Below are positions 1 through 10,624 of a stretch of DNA of 64,000 bases, piece after piece. The position numbers and the translations under genes are program-made. The stretch's first letter is position 1, and the number at the start of each line of letters is the position of its first letter. The stretch is taken from positions 1,013,607 to 1,077,606 of the forward strand of contig QPGO01000005.1 of the NCBI GenBank assembly GCA_008632985.1, read 5' to 3'. The DNA comes from Psammoneis japonica (taxonomy: Eukaryota). The notes beneath the pieces were generated by a model that worked only from the letters and a program-made list of their open reading frames with translations, searched no databases and was not told where the DNA came from.

Positions 1-634
1 CCCCGCTGACGAAACTGCGAACGTGACTACAGCACCCTCGAAATCCGAACCACCTAAACGACGAGTACTAGGTCCTTCCCTACCGTCAGCAGCAGAAGCA
101 GCAGCCGCCGCGACGAACGATAGTAGCAGTGAAGATGAAGGACCGCTACCTATTGGACAAGCACGTCGCAAACAACCACAGGGACCTGTAATCCAAGCTG
201 CTCCTCAAGCCAGCGACAATGGGGAAGACCAAGCAAACAAGCGAGAAGAATGGATGATGGTTCCCGGTGAGCATCAATTCTTGCAGGGAATACAATCGAG
301 TGGTGTGTTGAAGAATCGATCCTTTGTCAACAAGAAAACAAGACACGAGGAACCGGAACAAGTTGTGGATCCTTCTGTCCAAGCCGAAATGGATGCCATT
401 CACGAGGCTCATGCCGCATCCCGTGGCCCATCATTGATGGACCAACACTTGCAGAACAAGAAGGAACAGCAACTCAAGGAACAAGCAGAAGGAAAGAAAA
501 AGAATTGGAAATGGAGCCGGCAGGATGACTTGGACAGTGATCGTCGAGTGGATAAGAATGCGTTGCGCATGATGATGGGTGGAGCGCAGACTGACTTGAC
601 AAATAAGTTCCAAGGAGGCTATGGAAGAGGCTAG
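1..634 (+). CDS. GPALPP1/DUF3752-like protein, 3' part (probably starts before the window)
   Basis: ORF 23..634 with GPSLP, REEWMMVP, GPSLMDQH and W.R..DL motifs resembling the DUF3752 C-terminus. Confidence 0.6.
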   Translation, partial: PADETANVTTAPSKSEPPKRRVLGPSLPSAAEAAAAATNDSSSEDEGPLPIGQARRKQPQGPVIQAAPQASDNGEDQANKREEWMMVPGEHQFLQGIQSSGVLKNRSFVNKKTRHEEPEQVVDPSVQAEMDAIHEAHAASRGPSLMDQHLQNKKEQQLKEQAEGKKKNWKWSRQDDLDSDRRVDKNALRMMMGGAQTDLTNKFQGGYGRG

Positions 635-781
635 CTAGCTGTGAATTTATACGCCTTTCCGATTTTTTACAAAGAGTGCCATATTCTGTGCTGCAACCAT
701 AATGATACGTGCGGCTCGGTTTGTTTGTCAAAAGTAATACACTCGCTACTCTAAATACGGAAGTAGGTACTTCTATTGTCC

Positions 782-900
782 GAAATTCCCCATCTTTGCG
801 GGTGCGCTGCTAAAGCAAGTTCTCCACGTAAGGGAAACAGTCAGTATAAAAAGCATATGATCGTTCCTAATGACAATTTTCTCATTCCTTGATCTCATAA
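782..900. repeat. Diverged ~120-bp direct repeat, copy 1 (copy 2 at 2400-2515)
   Basis: Shared blocks GAAATTCCC, GGGTGCGCTGCTAAAGCAAGTTCTCC, AGTATAAAA, TGATCGTTCCT, TTTTCTCATTC, ATCTCATAA in the same order. Confidence 0.85.
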
Positions 901-1981
901 AAAGACACATTGTTGCTTGTATGATTTTTTGAATGCTTGTTTTGATTCATAGTCTGCTTGACCAAGATAGATCAATAATTTTGCTAACAACAACGTAAGT
1001 TCTTAGGGTGTATCTTTTTCTTCGTCTTGAAGCTCGGGGGGAACACAAGAATGAGCAGCCACGCGTAGAGCGTAGAGGTGCGTCTTCACTTTGTACTCGT
1101 TGACACCTCGTCACCACAGATTATGGACTGACGACAATCCTAGATTGATAAGGTACAAGTCGTTCCCGTCCTCCTCTGTAGATCCGAAAGGCCACAAGAA
1201 ACAAAATTAAGACACCGCCTACATGGGAAAGATGGAGACGGAGAATGACATTGTTAGCTTGAAAATCCTCATACCGGCACTGTAAATGCATGATGCATCA
1301 GTGCTGCTTTACATGTAAACACACCTTTCTTTGGTACACATCATTAAGGGTTATCAGCATAACATTCCAGCTAGATTTACACCAGTTTTCGGTCCCCGAT
1401 CGAGGGAGTACTACTAACCGGCACTCGGCAAGGTCATGGACGTCAATACCCAACCCATTGAGCATAACCACTGTCATTATTCTTGATAGTATCAACTGTA
1501 GCTTGCTTGGTTCGGTCCAAAAGGGAGCGTAGGACACGCCACAGCCACGTTCCAATACAAGGAAGAAAATGTATTGAAACGAAATGGTGTCAATACCGAT
1601 GCGATTGTATCAGCCGTTGTTGCCTGTTCAAACTGTTGCCATGGACTAAACACTCTGTCTGTTTGTATTTGAAACGCATGTATCAATTAAAAGGAGTGAG
1701 ATATTGACATAAAGGAGCAATACAAATAAATCATGGCAGAGAGCGACAATGAGCATCAAATCGTGGTGTCAGTGCAAAATCCTTTTTTTATCTTGCAATT
1801 GGCTGCTTACCTTCAAATAAGCAACATAAGTTGTTTCCACATTATGATGGTGAAGACTAGTAGATAGTGTTGGAATTGTTGAAAGGTTCGGCAATAGTCT
1901 AATCTGCCGCTCCAATTCTCATTGTGTTTCCAGTTCGCGGTGTTTGGTGTTTTCAGTGCTTTTTTCAAAACCGTTATCATA

Positions 1982-2038
1982 GACCTCGCGAAAAAGCATT
2001 GGACCTCGCGAAAAAAGCGTTGGACCTCGCGAAAAAAG
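1982..2038. repeat. Three tandem ~20-bp units GACCTCGCGAAAAA(A)G
   Basis: Seen directly. Confidence 0.85.
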
Positions 2039-2399
2039 AAAAATTGTTTTAGTCAACGCGTGTAGTGTCGCTTGTTGTGTTGAGCTATGCTCCGGTTCTG
2101 ACAATATATGTGGGGCTTGCGGTTTCGTTGCCACGCAGTTTGATTCTAATGTTTTAATTCTGCTGCTAATTTTCTTTTTACCTTAGAAATTGGAGCATTG
2201 AGGCTGCGTTGGATACGCGAGACGCGAGACGGCGTTGGAGCTTGGAGCTGGCGACGTGTCATTCGTGGCGCTGTATAAATACAGTAGGCGGATTGGAGAA
2301 GGTAGGAGTGACAAATGTGTTCCAACATAATGCTTACGATAGATACAGAAGCAAGTATTGTCTCCTCAAACTTTGCGGCCTGCTTCATGGATTCGTTTA

Positions 2400-2515
2400 G
2401 AAATTCCCGGTCTTTTGGGTGCGCTGCTAAAGCAAGTTCTCCTCATTAGTTTTTAAAAAGTATAAAAGCAAATGATCGTTCCTGACGACACTTTTCTCAT
2501 TCTTGTATCTCATAA
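2400..2515. repeat. Diverged ~120-bp direct repeat, copy 2
   Basis: Matches 782-900. Confidence 0.85.
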
Positions 2516-2642
2516 TGAAACGCGGGGCTCAATGCTTTCGCTAGATACAAAAAGTTGTCGCACAGCCGTAAATCGATATTCTTATCCTTTCTTACGTCTC
2601 CTCCCCAAACTGCAAGGCAAATCATTCTTAGTAATCACCCGC

Positions 2643-3620
2643 TTAGTTACTTTCATTGCCATTGTTTACGACACTACTGCTTGCATGAGAAAGGGCGGGT
2701 CCCTTTCGCACCGTATGGTTCTGGCCATATCCGAAAAGCTCATTCTTGTACTTTGTATCATCGATTTCACCACTGTCGTTGACAAACTTGGCTCGAGCCA
2801 GGGCAAAGTAAGTTGCCATGGTTAAAAGCGAATCCGAACCGGCTTGATGTTCCGGTCCGATACGAGGGCACTTGAGATCATCCGCAAGCCTCTGCAACCC
2901 CCCAAAATGACCATCCAATAGACTCGTCATGAACTTGATATCATAGATAGTCGGGAAGAAGAGACGCAAGGTTTCAAAGAATGACTTTTCATCATCGGGT
3001 AGAGGAACCTTTACAGCGTTGGTATTGGTCAATAGCTTCAAAAGATAGCCATAATCGTACCCCGAGTGAAAAGACACCCACTTGACTCGTTCATCCAAAA
3101 CGCAACCGGAGACCATGAGCAGCTCTCCAAATAGTTCTGGGTCAATTCCACGAGTGACGTGATCTTCAAAGCTAATTCCCGAGTTGACCAACAAGTCGAT
3201 CGAGTCCTGCGCAAAGATATCCTCCTTGAGATTGAATTTGAAATTGAACTGCCAGCACGGACAGCCCTTTGCAAAGTTTCCCTCTTCGTCTGCAAAGCTC
3301 AAGCCCAACTGAATTATGGAAAGCAGGTCCACATTGCACTTGAGCGACATGTAGTGGTAATCTCTAGAGTACGTTTCTGATACAGGCCTCGCCACAACAC
3401 CGGGGAACTCGGTATCCATAGCCACATAAGGATGCGTCTCGATGAGCTCGCGAATATGGGCCATTTCTTCCTCCACGTTCTCGGCCCAGACATTTCGGAT
3501 TTCCAACTGCTCGCCTTTGTACTGAAACGTATGCTTAGCTATGGCGTTCGAATGAACCGATGGTGTGATGGGTTCAGACTCATCGTCCGAAGGAAGCGGA
3601 CTGGAAGAGCCCAGCGGCAT
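2643..3620 (-). CDS. CAF1: CCR4-NOT deadenylase subunit CAF1/POP2 (CNOT7/8)
   Basis: 325-aa intronless ORF with YVAMDTEFPG, CNVDLL.IIQLG, WQFNF.F, WVSFHSGYDYGYL and HQAGSDSLLT (DEDD nuclease motifs). Confidence 0.96.
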   Translation of the reverse strand: MPLGSSSPLPSDDESEPITPSVHSNAIAKHTFQYKGEQLEIRNVWAENVEEEMAHIRELIETHPYVAMDTEFPGVVARPVSETYSRDYHYMSLKCNVDLLSIIQLGLSFADEEGNFAKGCPCWQFNFKFNLKEDIFAQDSIDLLVNSGISFEDHVTRGIDPELFGELLMVSGCVLDERVKWVSFHSGYDYGYLLKLLTNTNAVKVPLPDDEKSFFETLRLFFPTIYDIKFMTSLLDGHFGGLQRLADDLKCPRIGPEHQAGSDSLLTMATYFALARAKFVNDSGEIDDTKYKNELFGYGQNHTVRKGPALSHASSSVVNNGNESN

Positions 3621-3909
3621 GGTGACAGCGACGGCACCGTCTTTTTGTGCTGGCTGTGTGCGTCTATGACTTTTTCATCCAGAACGAGGAGACGTCACTA
3701 TGACGTCACAATCGTTGGACATTTTGTTTTGCACAGACATTTTGGGAGGCATTTTGGAGTCATTCTCAATTTCCCGCCTTTTTCACCTCACCACACGCAC
3801 ATTGAACACATCGTATGGCACACAACTTGAAACTGGAACGCTCTGTCATCCCAATCCTGCTAGCTAGAGTGTGGATACCACATCTTACAACCACCTTGCT
3901 CCATTCACC

Positions 3910-5298
3910 ATGGCACTTTATCGAGTATCCGGAGTGGTAGCGCTCTTTGTGCTTTTGTTCGGTCTTGTGGTTTTTTGGTTGGATATATTTTCGGCCGCAC
4001 AGAATGATAGCTCGGGTGCAAAGATTGAAAGGACCAAGAGTAGCCCCCCCGTTTCTTCTTCAGATAATCTTAAATTGGGCGGCGCGAAGCTCGGGAGAAT
4101 CAAGCACGGAGCTTCGGTCCACCACATTGACAAGGCAGTGCATAAGGTGCACAAAAGACAGAGAAAGAGAGTGGTGCATGTTGATCTCGGAATTGACATT
4201 GTGAATTCCACGAAGGACGCCGACTTTGACTACTGGCCCGAGATTTCACCAGATTTGTATGAAAACTTGTCTCGAGCCTTTGAACCGTGGTCTTCCGAGT
4301 ATTCTTGGTGCGAAACTCGAGATGATTTTTACGATCAAGCTACTCCTGCTGGACTTCTCTTTGTCAAGTTACCCAAAGCGGCGTCGTCCACCTTGTCAGG
4401 CATTGTCTTGAGAATTGCGCATGGACAATATGAAGGAGAAACTAATGTATTATGCAAGACAGAACAAAGTCACGTTTTTTCGCGCAAATACCGAAACCGC
4501 AATCCTGCAAAATCGTTCTTGTTGGGCAATGTACGGGACGTTGTTTCTCGAGAAATAAGCCATTTGTCATATCATTTTGGAACTGAGAATCAAAATGCTA
4601 CAACCCTGTCGCAGTATGCGCTTCTGAAAGCCTTGTCCACTGGTCCTCATTTGGAGTGGTTTCGACGGGACCCGAGTGACTTGGGATTTCAGCTGGGATA
4701 TCTCAGCATGACAAGCATCGACGACGATTTTGCATCATCCATCAACAATTCCATACTGGCCAAGTATCAACCTATGATTCCCATTACCACAACAATGTCC
4801 ATGCTTCAGAGCCGAGTAGAACGAGTCATTCAAGAATACGACTTTATCACGGTAACGGAACGAATGGATGAGTCACTCGTAGCATTGCAGTTCCTGTTGG
4901 ACCTGGATCCACACGATCTGTTGTATTTGCCATCCAAAGTCTCGGGAGGATATTCCGCTCGTGGTGGGCATTGTGTTGCGGTCAAAAAGCTCGACGTATC
5001 ATCAAAGGTGGACTCGTATTTGCGTTCCGAGAGGTGGTACAGGAGAAACTTTGGAGATTATTTGCTGTACAAGGCAGTCAATGCTAGTTTGGATAAAACG
5101 ATTCAACGAATTGGTCAAGAACGATTTGACGTGGCGCTTCGACAATACCGACAACTACTCCGCAAAGCGCATGCCCAGTGCAGCGATAAAGCCGTTTTTC
5201 CGTGCTCCAAGAATGGAACCTTGCGACAAAGAAATGAAACGAATTGCTACGAGCGAGACTGGGGTTGCGGATACCCTTGTCTCGACCAAGTTAAATAA
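3910..5298 (+). CDS. Type II membrane sulfotransferase-like protein
   Basis: N-terminal TM segment; FVKLPKAASST resembles the 5'-PAPS-binding loop; YDFITVTERMDESLV; C-terminal CY..D.GCGYPC. Confidence 0.65.
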   Translation: MALYRVSGVVALFVLLFGLVVFWLDIFSAAQNDSSGAKIERTKSSPPVSSSDNLKLGGAKLGRIKHGASVHHIDKAVHKVHKRQRKRVVHVDLGIDIVNSTKDADFDYWPEISPDLYENLSRAFEPWSSEYSWCETRDDFYDQATPAGLLFVKLPKAASSTLSGIVLRIAHGQYEGETNVLCKTEQSHVFSRKYRNRNPAKSFLLGNVRDVVSREISHLSYHFGTENQNATTLSQYALLKALSTGPHLEWFRRDPSDLGFQLGYLSMTSIDDDFASSINNSILAKYQPMIPITTTMSMLQSRVERVIQEYDFITVTERMDESLVALQFLLDLDPHDLLYLPSKVSGGYSARGGHCVAVKKLDVSSKVDSYLRSERWYRRNFGDYLLYKAVNASLDKTIQRIGQERFDVALRQYRQLLRKAHAQCSDKAVFPCSKNGTLRQRNETNCYERDWGCGYPCLDQVK

Positions 5299-5579
5299 AG
5301 GATTCCTTGGCGTTAGAAGATCGAACAGAATAAGAACCTATCAAACGGGGAGTTGCAGAATTTGCAGAATTGTTTACGGGGTCCCTTTTATTAGTATTTC
5401 GGCAAAGGAAGCCTCCTGAGCATGCGCAGCGCCCTTTAATGTTGCACAGTAAGAAACAAATCGCGTCTTTCCACAGAGCATTCCCTTTTGCTACACAGCT
5501 AAGCAGTATCATAAGTCTGTCAAATATCAAAACACAGAATCTTCAAAAAAATGCAAAAGCCGTGTTTTACTCCGCTGCT

Positions 5580-6428
5580 TCAGGTAAGGTTAGGCGTCAT
5601 GGATAATGAATGTATGTCTTTCGCCTTTGCCAAGTCATTAAGAACGGCCTCCTCAGAGCTTTGGATGAAGAAATCAGCGTCAGCCATACTAAGCACCAAT
5701 GTCGGTTTTATGACCAGCACATTATTGCATGGTCCATCGATGCTCGTCAGAATTGCATATTTCTCCTTTCGGACAGTGCAAAGGAAGGAAGTCTCAACGG
5801 TGGCGGGTACAAGTGTCGTTTTATTCCGAACGAGTACAATACCAAGGAACAGTCCCGATCCTCTGACGTCGCCAATGATAACTAATGTATTGGCCCTCAA
5901 AAGGAGAAACCGACTCTTGAGGTACGTCCCTACCTTGGCCGCATTCTGCCGGAGATTCTCTGAATCCATGGCATCAAGCATAGCGAGGCCTGCAGCTGAA
6001 CAAACGGGATTTCCACCAAAGGCATTGAAGTTCTCTACACCCATGGATTCAAAAGCATCGGATATTTCGCGTGTTGTGATAACCGCCGCCATTGGCATTC
6101 CGTTTCAGAAAGACTTGCCTACCGCTAAAATGTCAGGCACTACAGGAGACTCCATGCTCTCATCAAAGGTATGCTGAAATGCCCAATGGCATTCGCCTAG
6201 ACGCCCAAACCCTGTTTGCACTTCATCAGCAATATGAACTCCTCCCACCTCCCGCACAGCTCCAACACTCGCCTCCAGATATCCTGTTGGCGGAAGAATG
6301 ACTCCGCCGACACTCATGCCACCCTTAACAATAAAAGCACCAATTTTCTCCAGTTTCTGTCTGTAATACTGGCGTCCCTTCTTTCCATATTCAGCGTAGT
6401 CAGCACTAGCGCATAACTGGTCCCGCAC
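5580..6428 (-). pseudogene. Class-III PLP aminotransferase (ETNPPL/PHYKPL/AGXT2-like) fragment with in-frame stop
   Basis: IADEVQTGFGRLG, PDIL..GK, FNAFGGNPV, GDVRGSGLFLG. In-frame TGA at 6105-6107 replaces the Gly of GK..GNG; N-terminal part not found. Confidence 0.85.
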
Positions 6429-7068
6429 TTGTCACGATCGGTACCTAACCTTTCTAACAGAACAAAACAAAGGGACGTTGTTAGAAACAACGCTGTGGAG
6501 AAGAGGATTGGCTGAAGCTCTTCTATGATTTATACCAGGTTCAGATCATGACCACATATGTACTCTAGTCTATAGCCCTACTTCAACACGAAGAAACTGA
6601 CGATGGGGCCAACAACAACAGGTTCGCATGCGGCTCAGAACCTGCTGCTTGCGCATTTTCGCGCGAGAATATCACTCCCAATCGTTCGTGAAACACTTGT
6701 TACACCTTGTTACGCCTTGCTACGCTTGTCCACGGATGGCTAAGTACTCAATTACACCCTGGTCTACACAGTGTCCCGTTTGTCCACAGGTGTCCAAAAA
6801 AATTCAAAGCAAAACGATGGAGAGTATAGCTCGAGGACCGAACCGGACCTCGCCTGCTCTCTAGAGTAGATAGAGAGCTCACGCGACGACTCCAAGCTCT
6901 AGCCCTACAGTAGTTGAAAGTTGCTGTTGCGGAGCAGAAGTATCGTTGCTGCTCTTGCTATGTTGCTTGTTGGTGCTGTTTCTGGCTAGAGATACGGCAC
7001 TCTACAACAACTGTAAAGTGTGAGTTGAAACGAGTGCATGAGGCCGGTATTTTGTTTAAAGCCTCAAG

Positions 7069-8251
7069 ATGGATCATCGCTCAATCAAACGACCAAGGTC
7101 ACAGGCGGCCGCGGCAGTTGGTAAGCAGGTATTTTCCAACTTCCACGTCGTTGAATGTGCTTACACGTCTCCTCGATTTTTCTTACGTCTTTTATATCGG
7201 TCGCTTCAATCTATAGAACCGGAGGAAAAGGGAGCTAAGCCTACCAAGCCCACAAAAACAAAAAAGAAGCTGAAAAAGTCAAAATCGGCAAAGACAAACA
7301 AGAACAGCAATGAAGAGAAAACGTCCTCGTCTGGAAGGGTATCGTAAGTATCGAGAGGGAATGACATAACTTGCTTAAAACTTTATTCTTTGGTTGCACT
7401 GATGTTTCATCTCCTCTTCACACCTTGTATCGGTATTCAGCATGGGAACGGCCGACGCCGACGGGCAAGCAATGGCTCAGGTGCTGAGTACGTTCAATCC
7501 CATGGAACGGGTTCGTTTTGAAGCTTTCAAACGGTCCACCTTTCGAGGCGATGCTATATCATCTTATGTTGCGCACTGCCTTGCTGCATCACATGAAAGA
7601 GCTTATGCTCGTGGGGAAAAGACTCGACAGCTCATGGGATCATCGACCTTGGGAATTGGCGGTGAAGCCCAGAATGCCATCAGCGCTTTGCCACGGCGAT
7701 GTCCGTATATCCGCGATGGGACCAGCAGCAATGGTCACAACAGTAGTGACACCAGCTCAGTATCTAATAGTGAGAATAGACGACAAAACGGTGGTCGACC
7801 AAAGCGCTCCCTTGAAGATATGGTTGCGCCTGGTCAATCTGAAGAGATCACTGTTGTTGTATCCACACTGGCGAAAGCATATGCACAGCGACTGGTGACG
7901 GCGGCGCGTCGAGTTGCATCTTCCAATGGACGAGAAAATGGAGCACTATCGTCAAGAGATATTTTGATTGCACACCAAGCTCGTGCCGCGGCTGGTTTGG
8001 ATCCAGGGTTCTTCTTGCAACCGGGGCATGCATCGACTACCAACGTGGTGGCTGGTAATTCTCAAGCCTCGGCGGCGGCTCTGGGTGTAGTCAACCGTTA
8101 CGAACTAGTGAGAAATGCCGCCCTTGCAGCGCAAGAGGAGTATGACCAACAGCTAGAACGAAAAGGGGACAAAGAATCGGGAAAACAAATTTGTAAAGAT
8201 TCCAAGGCGGCGGATGAGGAAACGAAAGAAATGGAAATCGAACAGACCTAA
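7069..8251 (+). CDS. TAF11: TFIID subunit TAF11-like histone-fold protein, 2 exons
   Basis: Intron 7344-7440 (GTAAGT..TTCAG) joins the frames; QVLSTFNPMERVRFEAFKRSTF and VVSTLAKAYAQRLV resemble the TAFII28 domain. Confidence 0.65.
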
Positions 8252-8539
8252 TATCTCCTAGTTTGCCAATGCTTGATATTGACGTACCGCTAAAGCCCTC
8301 ATCCATCACATGATAGAGATCATATGGTACGTAGACTAGTTGTAACAAGATCATTCGCTCGTGTCCGTCAACCGTCGCGGGGCGAACTCGAACCACTTAA
8401 TTATCGTTCCACAAGACGTTGGCACAGGACATACCCATTGCTGACTCTACAGAGTACTGTCATACCATGTCGTATCGACAAATTGGTGTGAGCTCCTCAA
8501 AGACACAGGCTGCTACCTAAAGTATTCTTTACTTTTACC

Positions 8540-10377
8540 AGCTGTTTGCAGACAATCAGGACACTCCAACACTTGTGGCAAGAACTGAAGGTGAACCTCA
8601 CACCAGATTGCAAAAGGTGTCAAGTGTCATTTTGTGCAACGCTGGAGTCTTGCTCTCTTTGTTGAGCAGCCTGTTGGAGGAGGCATGTTGACAAAAAGAA
8701 ATCAGCAGTCATCTTGAATTTGTGTCACTCCCAGAGCAGGCGCTCACAGCATGAATGGTGCATTTGATGCCTGCTTCCAGTGTCCTGCACATGGCTGATC
8801 CACACAAAGCATCCTTGGTGGTTTGTGCTTGACCAACTGGCTGGGATGAGAACAGCTGTGGCCACGGCTCTCTGTCACATCTCTCCCATGCCAACCAGAT
8901 GGATGCCCAGGTGTTTGTCTGATGCAATCATCTGCTTTTTGCTGTGAGTGCATGGCAGATGTCCCGCAGAGTGGCTTGTTTGCCTGCCAGTTTGTGGGCA
9001 TGCTCTGCACTTGACTTCTTCTCTGGGCAATCTGCTGGCCTTTCTGTGATGGAGAAGCCACTCTGAAGCTGTGCTGGCATCAGATCTGCCAAAGCCACCT
9101 GCACTCTCAGACAGTCTTTGTGTGACAGTCTCAATGGTGCTTTTGGCAATGATGACATCTTGGACCCCAGGTGGTTTGCTGAGCTTGTGAAAATCATCTT
9201 TTTCCAGCCAAACTTCTCAAACATGCTGTCTGTTTGCTTTGGTTTTCTCATCTGCATCATCCATGAGAGCACCCCAGCATCTTTTTGATGCTCAGAAATG
9301 TGCCTGACTGCTCCCTTGTTGGCTTTCCTCATGGCACCATTCCACCAAGCAAATGTTTTGGCATCTTCTCCCTCTGAGTGGACTTTTTGTTGCACTCAAG
9401 CAGCCGCTCCATTGACTGGGCAAGCATTTTGTGTTTGTCCATGCCCCAGTTGTTTGCACGCCTGTTGAACAAGGCCCTGATGTCCTTGGCTCCTTTTGCA
9501 TTGCAGTCCTGCCACAAAATCATTGCTGGCTGACACACTGCCAACCCACTCTGAGCTCTGCTTTTTTGCATCTCAGCCTGTGCAGCAACTCTGCCAATGT
9601 TGCAATGAAGCATTTCCCCATGGAGGCATTTGAAATGTTTTGTCATGGCAACAGCTTGAGCACTGGCTAGCATCAGCACCCTCGCACATCTTGCAAATGA
9701 TCCGCTCAGCTTGGTGTGACATTGGGGTCATCACATGATGGAAAAGTGACTCCATCTGAGCCTTTCCCACCCTTTGACTGCACTCCACCTTGTGAGGCAG
9801 TCTATCAACAACATCCTGACCATCTCTGCCCTCATCAGCATCATCATCTGTCACTTGCTTGGAGGCTGTTGGGGAAGTGGTGCTTTTCTGCTGGCTTTGG
9901 CATCAGCCTTGTCTTGTTTTTTTTTTTGTCAGCAGCATCAGGAGTGTTCTTGTTGATGAGCTGACAAATTTTCAGCTGCAACAGACCAGTTTCTGAGGAG
10001 GTTGGAAGTCTCTGTGCAGACTCTTGTTCAAACTGTTGGGCTGACAAGTCAGTGCCCTCACCAAAAGGGAGCTCCGTTGGGCTTGCGCTTCCTGTGCTGC
10101 TCCAAACACTTGCTTGGCAATCTCCAATGGCTGTAGATTGTCACAGCATCAATGAACTTGTGTGCAATGACAGGTGCCTGCTGATGCTGAGCGACACATC
10201 GTGCAAGCGCCAAATGACTCACTCCCCTCCAAGCTCCAAAGAGAGAAAGAAGATGGAAAACAAAAGTCTGGTGCCAAGAGAGTGATGACAGTGAAGAAGT
10301 TTTTCTCATGACGAGTCTCCCAGCAAGCCATGTCAGGGGCACAAAAGCGAAAAAAGGTTTGTGACCTCATTGTCATT
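8540..10377 (-). mobile_element. Unclassified degenerate repeat/pseudogene, depleted of both TpA and CpG
   Basis: Only ~3 TA in 1.8 kb by eye; broken minus-strand ORFs 10047-8928 with no Tyr; no family recognised. Confidence 0.45.
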
Positions 10378-10624
10378 CAGTCTTGGCACCAGAACCCCGG
10401 GGCTGAATCCCTGGTTTTTGAAAATGCGGGTTTGAACCCCAAAATGAAAACACGGGATTGAATCCCAGGTTTTTGTTCACGCAGCTCGCAGTGCTTTTTC
10501 TGCACAATTTTGCTGTTTCTTAGAACCCGATGTGACTTTGCTTCCCAGTTCTTGTGGAAAACAGATCACTTGATCCACTGTGTGGTTGCTGCTGCTTGCA
10601 ATGTTGGACAAAGAATTCAATGTT

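Noticed and set aside
6105..6107. Selenocysteine codon
   Set aside because: The position is a conserved Gly, not Cys; the gene looks truncated and no SECIS was recognised.
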